Assembly (NCBI GenBank): GCA_008632985.1
Contig: QPGO01000274.1
Location: 1 to 53,858, forward strand
Reading direction: 5' to 3'
From: Psammoneis japonica
Taxonomy: Eukaryota
DNA length: 53,858 nt
A program made the position numbers and the translations under genes. Shown here in pieces: positions 36,924 through 49,096 of the stretch (positions within the stretch are counted from its first letter, which is position 1; each line of letters begins with the position of its first letter). The notes below the pieces were generated by a model that saw only the letters and a program-made list of their open reading frames with translations, searched no databases and was not told the origin of the DNA.

Positions 36924-37507
36924 GGCAAACCCTTGCAGATCGCAACACAAACTCGGATTGTTGGTTGTGTGCCCTGTTGTTTGTGTTTGTTGACAACAAC
37001 ATGCAACACGGCGATCCTACGAGAAAGTGCACGTAGCCCCCCCTGCTGTTTGTTTTCTGTGCGCGTGCTGCGTGATCGAAGCAAAATGATGAAGAAAAAA
37101 AGTTGAAAAGTTGATTCATGACGCACGATGGGCAATTGGCGAAATTTTTTTGATTGGCTGAGAGGTGTTTCCCCGCATCATGAACACACATGATTGTGAA
37201 AGGTGTTGATTTGGCTGCCCCCCACGCACGCGCCCCATCCAACTGTCATGCACAGAGTGCCTCTACAGCAATGTGCAGCACTGGAGAGCAGCAGGGCCCT
37301 GCTCTGCGCAGCAGTGCTGCAGTGGCTAGCTGCTTCTAGAGCAGAGACTGGCAGCAGAGACTGCTCTTCTCTGCTAGAGCAGCTGCTGGTAGAGAGAGCA
37401 GAGCTGGCTGCTCCAGCTGCCACATCAGCATCAGACCCAAGACCCACCATGAGACAAAGCAAACGAGTGCATCGATCGATCCACCACACGCTCTGAGCCT
37501 GTGCACC

Positions 37508-39168
37508 ATGAGCACGGAACCGGCTTCTGCCGTGGTCCAGGAGGCAAATGACACGCCTTTGATCTCTGTGGGGCAGGAGTCGCACTTTGACACTCTTCTC
37601 ATCTGCTTTGAGACGTCTTGTCATGAGGTGGCGGCTCCGAACAAGCAACTTGTGCCAACGTCTGAGCATCCCAGCAGAAACCCCCCAAAAACCAACAACA
37701 CCATGCATGGGAAAAAGGTGCTCACCGTCGCTTGTGCCATTGCTCGTCATGATAAAAAGGAGTGCCCCTTTGGGCTGAAGGCAAGAAGCAAAATGGCTCC
37801 TGAAGGTGGGTTTGGCGAGCCGACAAAGCTGAAAGTCGAGCACTGCTCTTTCAACTGCACTTGCGACGAAAAAGCCAGAAAGACGCACATGGGTTGGAAA
37901 AGAAGACATGAAAAGCATGAGGAGCGTCGCACGAGGAAGAATCGGCAGAGTCATCGTAAAATCTGTCACATCCATGCACTTGACAGCAACTGTGACAAGC
38001 CGAGCTGCGATTGCTGCAAGACCAAGGATTGCAAGGGAAAGCAGGCCAATGGGGAACGCACCTGTGTGGCGTGTCAGTCAGGAGCAAAATTGAAGGGCAA
38101 CAAGTCCAAGCGAGCTAAAATTGTGAAAGGAACAATCCAGGAGGACGATTTGGTGCGGTCGCCGCCGTTTCTGTTCTGGAACCCACGTGAAGGTGAAGAG
38201 GACAAGAAACTGCACACAAGGGACCAAGCAGAAGAGTCGCTGCAGATGCATGCCACCCGCCGCCCCTTGGTTTCAAAGCAGAGGATTTGCCTCCAGCTCA
38301 TGAGCATGGGATGTTTCAAGTGTTTGGGAGACAGGATGTCACTGATCTGGAAAGGACGAAACTGCTTGGACAGTTGAAAGATGGTGGCAATGGCATCTCT
38401 GTGAGAGAGTCGTGGAGCGAAGGTGACACCCCCCCAAATCATGCATTTCCTTGGGACGAGTGTCCTGTCTTTGAGGCCGCTCGACTTGGTGCCACAGCTC
38501 CCGCAACAAAGAACAGGCATTTGATGCATGCCGTTGTCATCCGTCACCCTGACCATCCTGACAAGCGTGACAAGGCTGACACACAACAACAGATTGAAAA
38601 GGAGCCGGACCCAGAAAAGGTGGCTGAACTTCTGAAAGTTGTGAAGTTTCTGTTGTCCAGCGGGATCTTTCATGCTCAACGAGATGGGCAGCAACTGGGC
38701 ATCACCATCCATTTTCCTCACATTGACACCTGTGGTTCTAACACTCTGTTTGTCCCATTGCAGGGCATCAGTTTCAATTTTGTTGCATTTCACCATGCAT
38801 CTGAACCCAAAGAGCCGGAATTTCATGACTCTGAGGATTGTCGTGCATGCCTGGATTGGAAGAGGAGTTTGGTGGATGATGAATGGAGAAAGGTTGAGGC
38901 AGCAGAATCTCTTTTCAAGAAGTTTGTCAAAGATGACAAAAGGTGCCACAATCACCATCGCATTCTCACCTTCAAGCTGGACTCAGAAGTGGAAGGTCAG
39001 GCGTTGATGTTTCCGGCTGGGGTTCATCCCCATTTCACAACAATTCCCAAACAGGAGAAACCCCGGATTCTTGGGATCCTTCATGAAAAGATGGTTAAAA
39101 ACACGCAGCTGACAGTCCAAGAGTCCAGTCAGTGTGGGCAAGCAGATCTCCATCTTTGTTGCTGCTAG
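37508..39168 (+). pseudogene. Zn-finger protein with a C-terminal putative HxD...H dioxygenase/cupin domain
   Basis: N-terminal C...CPFGLKA...H-C (WRKY/FAR1-like) and CxxC clusters. C-terminal FPHIDT...TLFVPL...ALMFPAGVHPHFT...RILG. Frameshift near 38370. Confidence 0.5.
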
Positions 39169-39249
39169 ATTGTCACCATCACCATCATGCAAGCAGAGCC
39201 ATCACAGTCATGCATGGGAGCACATCATCCCTGCATCATGCATGCACCA

Positions 39250-39870
39250 CACACAGCCGATGCCGACATCACTCTAGCTGCTGGCTGGTGCGGGTGGAGT
39301 CGGGGTCACGAAGTTGCAGTGTGGTGTCATTGCAGTGGCATCAAACATGTGCCATGCGGAGCTGACGCCGACTGCCAATCTAGCTGCTGGCTCTAGAGCA
39401 GATTCGGGATCACGCGAAGTTGCAGTGTGGTGTCATTGGTGTCACACATGTGCCATGCGGAGCTGACGCCGACCACTGATCTACAGTGCCGATCGCGCGA
39501 AGTTGCAGTGTGGTGTCGTCAGCATCACACATGTGCCACACAGAGCTGATGCCGACTGCTGATCTAGCTGGAGCAGATTTGGGATCACGCGAAGTTGCAG
39601 TGTGATGTCATTGGCATCGTGCATGTGCCATGCGGAGCTGACGCCGACCACTGATCTAGCTGGCTGCCAATCACGCGAAGTTGCAGTGTGGTGTCATTGG
39701 CATCACACATGCATCAGACCACATTGCACGCAATGGCAGCTGATGCCGACTGCTGGCGCTGGCAGAGCAGGGACAGGCATCACCCAACACAGCTGATGTG
39801 GACTGCTGCCACTGGCTGGTGGGGACAGGCATCACCCGAAGTTGCAGTGGTGTCACTGGCATCACACATC
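39250..39870. repeat. Degenerate ~80-110-bp tandem repeat
   Basis: Several copies of cgaagttgcagtgtggtgtcattggcatcacacatgtgccatgcggagctgacgccgac. Confidence 0.85.
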
Positions 39871-40149
39871 ACTCAACATGAAGTCCACTAAAGCTCAAAG
39901 ATTGATTTTGTCACTGCGACTCTACTCTCAACAGAACACCAAAGGCATCGCAAGATCACGCCGCATGGACAACCTCATCCCAATCCGTTCCGGTCTTAAC
40001 TCTCGACAGAACGCCCAAGCCATTGCAAGATGTTGCCACGTTGACAACCTCCTCCCAATCCGTTTCGCTCTTGGCGACTTGCCTCAGCAAAAAAGAGCCC
40101 TTCGCCTTCATGTTTTTGTTCTCATCAAATTTTTTCATGCTTTCGATGG

Positions 40150-40977
40150 TCATTCGAAACATTCCGTCACACCAAAAGTGGACACCACACAAATCATGTT
40201 ACGTCGGCCACCCTTCGTTTTGTTTGGCAACGAACGATGCATCATCCTTGCATTGAACAGGAAGCATGTTCCTCTGTCTCCACACAACAGGCGGCTTTTC
40301 CATCCCTTCCGTTCCATTGTTCTAAGCGTGTTCTTGTCGTCAAATTCAGAGTTGACACTCTGTGGCCACATTTCGACTGAGCCATTCAACTCAGTTGTTT
40401 CATCCAGAAACAAAAACAGTGTGTGCACACTTTTGCCTGCCGGAATTTTTTCCAAGAAATCGCGGTGCATGTTTTTGGTGGTCCAGAAGTTAGATCGTGA
40501 GCTTGCTGGAGGCGCGTGCACTGGCCTCATGTTTGACACTAGAATGTCAGCGCGGTCGCGAAGAGGGAAGTTTGATGGAGCTCTTTGGACAAGTTGCTTG
40601 AAAGTGTCCTTGCCTTGCGCACATTCCTTGTCACAAGATTTTGATGTTAGATCAAACAAGTGTCGGTGAGAGCGGGACCCACTCTGAAATGTGATGTCTT
40701 GTTCCACTTTGTCGACAAACTTTTCAATTTGGTTGACAATCACCGTTGTTGCCTGGAAACAATGGATGGGTTCTTCTCTCTGTTAGCCTTCGTTTGCGTC
40801 ACCAAAGTCCTTTTGCTTTTTGGTTTGCTTTTTTGAAGCGACTCTTTTGGCGATGCCACTTGGTTGTTTTCCACACGTTTGGTGGTTCATCACATTGTTG
40901 TGGCTCCGGCAAAATTGTGTTGGCCAGCGAGCATGCTTCCTGCAACCTTTCTTCTGGCATGTGCGTGACTTCGACAT
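40150..40977 (-). pseudogene. PhyH-family 2OG-Fe(II) dioxygenase with an N-terminal C-x4-C-x9-C-x2-H finger
   Basis: NMHRD...LFLDETTELNGSVEMWPQS...GDRGTCFLFNARMMHRSLPNKT..RR is the PhyH pattern. ORF 40783..40977 (CQKKGC...FCRSH) is in the same frame, separated by one TAA. Confidence 0.75.
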
Positions 40978-41138
40978 CTTTCTCAGCCTCTTCGCTGGTC
41001 ACCTCGCAATCAATTTCTCAGCTTGCGTAAGACGTCCTCATGGCCGAGGCAAAACTGTTTGTGTCACTTGAGATTTTTGTGTTGAAGCTTTTTAGCCTGT
41101 CCGTCAACCAGAACACCCGCGATGCTCAGCACAACACA

Positions 41139-41391
41139 CTCATCGTGGAACCCCACAAATGCGTGGGGACCCGTAACCCGGAAAAGTGTAGAGTTGTGCG
41201 TGCATGTGTGGGGACTCCTTGCGCAGGCTTTGCACCAGAGCCATCTCGCGAACCAGGCGTTTTTTCGAAATTTTGTCATAGAAACTGTGCCAGTTTTGCA
41301 TGTGCAGGCTGCATGTTTCAGCACCACATGCAAAAATGCGCGCAGACCTCTGCAGGAGGGTCCCCGCGCATTTGTGGGGTTCCACGATGAA
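41139..41391. mobile_element. MITE family B, copy 1 (~253 bp)
   Basis: 33-bp TIRs tcatcgtggaaccccacaaatgcgtggggaccc / gggtccccgcgcatttgtggggttccacgatga; flanked by CA on both sides. Confidence 0.9.
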
Positions 41392-41469
41392 CACATCACG
41401 AGCTCATTGCACAGGTTAACTCAAATTGGCAAAAGGCACCCGCCATTGCATGCATTGAAAAGTCTCTTA

Positions 41470-42208
41470 GCTAGAAGCAGGACCCAATGGTTGACAATGT
41501 CCACGGCCAAAGCCTTTTGGCCCAATCCCGGGTCCTTCACAGATGCACCGGGTGCAAAGTCGGTTGCGCGGTTCACCCGTGTGAGATCCCCGCAAGAAGC
41601 ACCCGCCATTGCACCCGCCAACTCAGACGAGACGACACAATCTACGGCTAGAAGCAGGACCCAATGGTTGCCAATGTCCACAGCTGAAGCCTTTTGGCCC
41701 AATCCCGGGTCCTTCACAGATGCACCGGGTGCAAAGTCGGTTGCGCGGTTCACCCGTGTGAGATCCCCACAAGAAGCACCCGCCATTGCACCCGCCAACT
41801 CAAACAAGACGACACAATCTACGGCTAGAAGCAGGACCCAATGGTTGACAATGTCCATGGCTGAAGCCTTTTGGCCCAATCCCGGGTCCTTCACAGATGC
41901 ACCGGGTGCAAAGTCGGTTGTGCGGTTCACCCGTGTGAGATCCCCGCAAGAAGCACCCGCCATTGCACCCGCCAACTCAAACAAGACGACACAATCTACG
42001 GCTAGAAGCAGGACCCAATGGTTGATGATGTCTGTGGCCAAAGCCTTTTGGCCCAATCCCGGGTCCTTCACAGATGCACCGGGTGCAAAGTCGGTTGCGC
42101 GGTTCACCCGTGTGAGATCCCCGCAAGAAGCACCCGCCATTGCACCCGCCAACTCAAACGAGACGACACAATCTACGGCTAGAAGCAGGCCCCAGCAGTT
42201 GACAATGT
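41470..42208. repeat. 177-bp tandem array, 4 full units plus a partial one
   Basis: ctagaagcagg starts at 41471, 41648, 41825, 42002 and 42179. Confidence 0.97.
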
Positions 42209-42337
42209 GCGCGACCGAACATCAGTGTCCACAGTGCATTTACATTTTTCACACAATTGCACAACTGACACCACCGTGCCATGTCGCAGTGATCCTTGCA
42301 TCCCTGCCCTTGTCCCAAGGGTTTTTTCTTTTGTCAT

Positions 42338-43847
42338 CTAATTTTGGTGTTTCCAAATTTTAATTTTGGTGTTTCCAACTTTCCCAATGCGCAGCTTCCG
42401 CCTTCCTTCTGCAATCATCAAGGCCAACTCCTCGTTGTTTTTCTTGTCCATGGCTTCTTTCTTCTCTTTTTTCACAAGTTGCTTGATTTTGTCACGCAGG
42501 CTTTCGAGTGGTCTGTTTTGCAATCCAGGTGAATTCGCGTGAAGAGTTTTCCAAAAGCCGTGCTTGCGCTTGCCCAGGCGATTCTGAATTGAAGGGCTTG
42601 AAATCATCACCTTGTACGTGGCCTTCAACTCCTCTTCCTGTTTCTCAGTCCATTTTTCTCCTGTCCTTTTCCTGGCCATGCTGCCCGAGGAACTTTCCTG
42701 CTTCCCGTCATCTTTCTGTTGCAACTTCACAAGGGCATTTGACCACTCATGGAGGAGCTCGTCCAAGTTAAGTTGTAAGTTCATCAAACAAAGCTGTGGT
42801 TCTTCCTCATCCTCCTGGTCAGAAAGTCCTGGTTCGTCCTCATCCCACTTGACACAGACCAGAGGCCCAAAGTGCTTCGTAAATGCAGCCGCAGGTGCCA
42901 CCACCAAATCTTCCTTGGCAGCTTTCTTGGCAGCTTCCTTGATTTCCTCCAGTCCATGCCTGAGTGCGTGTTGGAAGGGAGGGTTCATGTGGAGCAAGGC
43001 ATGCCGATTGGACAGAATTTTCCTGTCAATTCGTTCCCTGTGGACCAATTGGCGCAGGAAGAAGCTCATCAGCAAAATGAGAAGTTCGTCAGCAGAATCA
43101 CATTTGCAGGCAAACATGCGTCTGTTGCAGTGACTCACCAACACTCATCCACGGCATTCACTGGCACACTGATCCACAGAGATTGGTCAGAGGCATGCTT
43201 TGTGAAAGACATGGCATTCCTCAAACCTGCAAGCTCCACATGAATCTCAAGTTGTGCCTGAATTGTGTGGAAATCTGAAACAAACATGCTGGAGGACGCT
43301 TCCAGAATGCCTGCAGTGCCATTGGCAGCCCTCGTTGCCTCCACCAGTTTGTTGTGAATGTCAATCAGCCTTCCATGCAAGTTCTTCCATGCTTCCTCAT
43401 CAAATTCGCACAATGGGACAATCTTGACATCCCCGCCTTTGCCTTCGGGCAAGACTTTAATGCCGTTCTTGATTGCATTAATTTTGGGCACTCCAATCAG
43501 GCCCTGTTCCTCTGGCAGTTGCTTTCGGTGTTCTCTGCATGGGTCCTCCAGACAGGCTATGATGCATGCCCCAGCAATCTTTGCATGCAAGGCCGGATTG
43601 CACCACTTGTCCCACCTGTTGTGCTCCTTTGCTTCTCGCGTTTGCAACGTCCACAAAGCAGAGTTGATGGCACCCCAGTTGCTGACAAGGGCCTCCTCAT
43701 CCAAATGAGCATTCGAACAGGCGATTGCCTGAACTGCTTGGTGACAATGGCCCTGATGTCTTCTGCAAGCAGATTGCAAATGGGAGAGACTTGCCCCTCA
43801 GTTGTTTGCTCCTCAGTTGTTTCAGTTGCCATGTTTTCTTCTTGCAT
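42338..43847 (-). pseudogene. Gene with a C-terminal Myb/SANT-like helix-turn-helix domain
   Basis: KWTEKQEEEL...FWKTL...LQNRPLESLRDKIKQL. GTGAGT...CCACAG intron at about 43039-43138; upstream frameshift. Confidence 0.55.
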
Positions 43848-43934
43848 CTGTCTGAGGCAATGTGGCTGTCTAATGTCCAAACGCAGACTTCACTTCATCG
43901 AAGACATGAAATCGAAGATGAAGAACAAAAAACG

Positions 43935-44171
43935 CAATTTGTGGAGGGACCCGCAACCCGGAAATGTGCAGAGTTCTACGTGAATGCATGGGGACTGTTC
44001 GCGTGGGTTTTGCACCAGAGCCATCTCGCGAACTGGGCGTTTTTTCGGATTTTTGTTGTAGAAACTGCACCAGTTTTGCGTGTGCAGGCTGCATGTTTCA
44101 GTGCCACATACAAAAATTCGCGCGGAGCTCCACAGGAGGGTCCCTCCGCATTTGTGGGGTCTCACGATGAG
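43935..44171. mobile_element. MITE family B, copy 2 (left TIR truncated)
   Basis: Colinear homology with 41160-41391; right end gggtccctccgcatttgtggggtctcacgatgag|ca. Confidence 0.85.
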
Positions 44172-44527
44172 CATGGGGCGTGATGTGGGGCGTGCATCAT
44201 GACATGGTGTGACAGAGCAACAACATGGGCGCCACCACTTTTCACTGAACACAACCAGCCATCATGAGCAGCACACCGGCCACTCCTTCTGCAGCCAATG
44301 GCTCAAGCCTGCCGCCGCCGGCTTCTGGAGCCTCAATTTCCCTCTCCAGCCAGTCGCCAACTTCTGGAGCCAATGTTTCCAGCCCCAGCAAGTCACCGCC
44401 TGCACCGTCTCCTTCTGCAGCCAATGGCTCACGCTGACCGCTGCGGTCTGATGGAAACCCTGTCACAAAATCGCTCTGGGATCACCATGCAAGATTCAAG
44501 GATTGGAGCAAGGCTGCCACCCAAAAA

Positions 44528-47491
44528 TTGAGGGAGATCCAGAAAACGAGTCACTGTGACCCCAACAGCATCTACATGGAGCTGCAAGATTGCACAGGCA
44601 TGCACATGAGCGTGTGGCGCACGCACTGCGAAAAAAGTTGTGGCGACAAGATTCTGGGGATTTGTCTGTTGCTTTGGCTGGACTTGTGTGACAAGAGCAC
44701 AGAGACAGCAACTTCGCTCAGTTGGTGGACACAAAAGGATTCGGTGTTCATGTTCACACACCAAGACACAGCTGCTGAGAAGCAGAGCATTCGTCTGCAC
44801 ATTTTTCGAGTGGAACCTTCAGAAGCACATCGGTTGCAACAAGATTCAGAGGAACTGACATTGCAAGAAGATGCCCAAGAAGATTCCGAAGCACAGCCAT
44901 CCTCAATGTCCGAAGCACAGTCACCCCCCATGTTTTTGCCCATGGTCTTGGGTTCAACCCATGAATCAAAGGATCCGCATTGGGCACCATTGCAGCCTTC
45001 CAAGTCAAACATGACTGCCAAATCAGAAGCAAGGTTGGTCAAAAACCACCTGCTTTTGCTGGCCAATGAGTGCAAGCTAGAAAGTTTCCTGGAGCATGTC
45101 CAAAACAATTGGGCAGAGGGAGAATCTGCTGGTCAGTTGGTGGAAAAAATTGGCAAAAGCTTTAGAGAAGGCAAGCTCCACATGTGGCTTGAGGCCCTGT
45201 GCGCAACGCAGCCAATGCAGGTGTTGCAAAATGTGATCGCACTGAGTTCAACAAGAGTTGACCCCAGAGAGGTGATGGAAGACCCAAAAATGACTCATTT
45301 CATGAAGTGTTGCTTGTTGCTCCGGAGGGTGACAACTGTTGCAGTTTCACCACATGGCACCTGCTGCTTGCTCCCTCATTTGGTGTTCAGGCTCTTGAAG
45401 CTGCAACAGCCAACTGTTGGTCAAGAACGGCCAGGTGTGTGCGAGCTCGACAAAGGAACCGGACCAAGGGACAGAGCCAAGTTGTTCCCATTGCAGAAGA
45501 AATTGCTGAGAAAAGTCGACATTCACATGGAGTCACTGGGTGTGGCATTGGGAGCAGATGCACCTCTGCCTCCTTTGATCACAAGGATGGCAGACAGTGC
45601 AAAGAAATTGCCCGCACTGAGGTGAGAGCTGGTCTTGTGTCATGTTGGTTTGTGTTTGGGATGTGTCTGAGCCCTCGGCCGCTCATTGCCGCTGTCTCTT
45701 TTTGTCCCAGTCTTGCTGAGGCAATGTCGAAGTTGCTCAACGAGCAACGCCATGTCATCACTGCACTCAAGGACCAAATTGTGGAATGTTCAAAGCTCTC
45801 CTCTCAATGGAAAGAAAAACAATCAAAGGAAGAAACACAATCAGGAGATGACGCAGATGCAGACTCATCAAAAGGAGAAGAAACCCCATCACAAAATGTG
45901 ACCAAACGAAACGTCAAGGAAGGAAGCACGAAGGTGCTTGAAGCTTTCATCACTCAACGGAGGGCAATTTTCGAAATCGCATGTTTCAGTGTGTTTCCCA
46001 CTTGGTGCAACCACCCCGGGGCGAAGAGCTGTGTGGCGCAGTTTGGTGAGATGATCGCTGCCACCTGTGAGGTGGTTGACAAAGCAATGGAGGAATGCGT
46101 GGAAAACAAAGTTGGTGTTGACACCACAGTGAAAGGTGCTGACAAACGTGTCTTGTCTGTCCTTGTTCAAACAGAAGTGACACTGGGTCTGCTGTGGTTT
46201 GTGTTTGAACACTGCTTCAGCATCAAACCTCAAAGCGATGTGGTCAAGGCAGCTCTGTCACCTGCACTCTCCTCCGTCTACGCAGGATCTCTTTGCCAAA
46301 AGTCTTCAAAAGAAGCACGACACAGAAATCAGGAAGAAGGTGTTGAAGCATTTTGTTGGGTGCTGTGAGAAACTAGAGGGGAAGGAAAATGAGGATTGGG
46401 TGTGGTTGTTTGGTGGAGACTTCAGCTCCAAAAACTTTGTGGGGAACCAATTGAATGACTTCTTGGGGTTGTTGAAAGACGTGGACAAAACGAAAGTGGA
46501 CACAGAACGGCTGAGCAAGACCAAACCCGAGACCAACGTTTGGTCCAGAAAGGTGTGCGATTTGCTGGGAAAGCCGGGGCAGCAAGAGAGCACAAGGCAG
46601 CCAAAAGCACCGAAGAAAAAGAACAAGAACAAGAAGGGCAAAAAGAAAACAGAAACGGAAAAGGAAGACAAAAGAAGGAAATCGCAACCACAAGAAACAG
46701 ATTCCAATGAAAACGATGATGTCACAGATGAGGGCTCCGACGCTTTGGGCGACGATGACCCCAAGAACAGACCCAAGAGTGATGAGGACTCTGACGCTTT
46801 GGGCGACGATGACCCCAAGAACAGACCCAAGAGTGATGAGGACTCCGACGCTTTGGGTGACGATGACCCCAAGAACAGACCCAAGAGTGTGCCGTCAAAA
46901 AGACGACATGTCAGTGAATCAGGCACCAAGTTGTCGACCACAGAGGCTTTTGGTCTCATGACGTGCCCAGAGTGTCTCAAGGCATGCCACAGCAGCAAGG
47001 ACAGGAAAAATGTCAAAGCTGAAGCCGCGCATTGCTGCCAAAGGATGGTGGTGGATCGGGGCATTGTCAGCAGATGTGTGAGCCATGTGGGGGGAACAGA
47101 AGCGGGACTGGATCTGTTTGAATCATTGAAAGACTTCATCAACAAGCTGACAGACCTGCCACACATGGACATTTGGTTGTTGTGTTTGATGGAAGGCAGG
47201 GAAGAGGCCTGGAATGCTTGCGGAAACACATCTGCTGACAAAAAGTCACACCTTGCTGATGTGGAGCCATGGAACTTGTTTCAAGACGAGACCCTTGATG
47301 CGCTCTATCCCAGAAAAACGGAGAAGGCCTGGGGAAAGCACGATCCTCGGTCCATGTTTGGCAAAGACTGCTTGCGTGATTCAGTGGACGACTCTCAAAT
47401 GAACACAAGTCAACTGTGTGTTGGTGGAGTGTCCCCGGTGACACTTTGCCAGAAAAAGGCTTTGTTGCAGATTCCTGTTGGAGCTTTGTGA
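44528..47491 (+). pseudogene. Large uncharacterised helical protein gene
   Basis: ORFs 44528..45625, 45307..46368 and 46199..47491. Intron-like GTGAGA...CCCAG at about 45622-45709; frameshift near 46320. Confidence 0.5.
46727..46888 (+). repeat. 54-bp x3 coding repeat (DEDSDALGDDDPKNRPKS)
   Basis: Three direct copies visible in DNA and protein. Confidence 0.95.
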
Positions 47492-47567
47492 ATCCCAGCA
47501 TCATGAAAACCCCCTGCGGACTTGTCCTCCATGAGTTTGTTTCCGAGTTGCTGCAAGCACACCTGAT

Positions 47568-48892
47568 TTGATTCCACAAACAGCAAGCAGCCGAAAACCC
47601 AAGTCCCGAAAACGCAAGTCAACAAATGATGAACAGGACGGAAGCAATGTTGTGGACATGTTCAATGACTCTGAAAGCGAAGCTGATGTCGACAAGAAGA
47701 ACAACAAGAAGACGAAGAAGACGAAGAAGACAAAGCCACCGTTGTTTTTTTTCCAGATGCCTGTTGCGAATCTTTGTCGCATGATGAACTCATTGCCTGG
47801 GCAGAAAGGCTGGGGCGGATTGCATCAGAGAACTCTCTCGTGGTTGCGACTCTCAAGAAAAGCGCAGCTGCCGCAAAAGCACTGGAGGAGAAGAAAAAGC
47901 CTGCACTCGTGGATGATGCAGATGCTCCTCCTGCTCGCAACCACAAAGGCCGAGTGCCATTCACAAAAAGAGAAAAGAAAATTCTTGCCTCACCCAATGC
48001 ATGGGTGAACGACGCGGTGGTTGACTTGTGGGTGAGCAGGTGGTGAGTCGCATCTCTTTGTCTCTTTGCATGCGTTGCTCCAGCTGGCCACACTTCGACC
48101 TCACCGCACGTTCCTTTTTGTTCTTGTTGTGTGCGCAGGATGACTTGGAGGCAGGAGGGCTGTGCAAGCAACGTGGGCACAACAAGCACAATGTTTTGCA
48201 AAAAGCTTGAGGAAGAAGGAGGCACTGCCCAGGTGGAGTCCTGGATCACCAACGAAGGCGTGTTTGGAAAAAAAGTTGTTTTCCTTCCGATCCACAAGGG
48301 AGAAACTCATTGGGGGCTTTGCGCGGTTGTCAACTCCGGAGCAGTGCTGGATGAAATGAACAGCACTGGCCTTGGTTCTTGTTTGCTGTGCTGTGGTTTA
48401 CTTGCGTGGATTGTGCAATCACAGGACGAATCAGAGATTGGCTGAATTCACTGTGGGAACAAAGTGACAAAGCCCGTGAGGGCAGCGAAGGTGCTGGCGA
48501 AAAGCCATTCAATGAAAAATCAATGCCGCAAGTTGAGGTCAAAGGTGAGGTGTCTTTTGTGGCTCAGCGCTGTTCATGCTTTCAATTTCTTGCAAAATGC
48601 TCATCCCTTGCCAGGTCCATTTCAGCTGAACAGCCATGACTGCGGACTGTTTGTTTGTGCATTTGCTTGCAGATTGCTCCACTGCGTCGCTGACCATGAA
48701 ATCACCAAGGAGGACGTTTCAAACAATTTTGAAAGTGTCGTGGCTCATGTCGATTTTTCTCAGACTGACATCAACTGCTTTGGGAAGGACCACAAGATCC
48801 TCACTGACCAATTGACACAAATGCACGTGCTGTCTGGGACCCCGCATCATCAAACGAAGAAGAGAAGAAACAAGTCACCAAGCAAAAAATAA
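47568..48892 (+). pseudogene. Ulp1/SENP-like C48 cysteine protease
   Basis: WVNDAVVD, VFLPIH..THWGLCAV, QLNSHDCGLFVC motifs. Introns at 48043-48138 and about 48545-48614. Catalytic Asp region frameshifted or eroded. Confidence 0.82.
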
Positions 48893-49029
48893 AACAGAGG
48901 CACCCCAGCTCATGACAAACACACTGACACCTGCTTGCTTTGTCATGATGTTTTGTGTTTGGTTTTGTTTTCGAGTGACAGTCTGGCATGGTTCGGATGT
49001 GCAGAGTGCAGGCAGGCCCGCGCGAGTGA

Positions 49030-49096
49030 CAAAAGTTAAAAAGTTGAAAAAAGTTGAAATGACAAAAGTTGAAACGATGAAAAAAGTTGAAATGAT
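49030..49096. repeat. Cluster of AAAAGTTRAAA motifs, possibly regulatory
   Basis: Five copies within about 65 bp upstream of ORF 49303. Confidence 0.55.

Noticed and set aside
39250..42208. CRISPR-like arrays
   Set aside because: Units are whole tandem repeats without unique spacers, no cas genes are present, and the context is eukaryotic.
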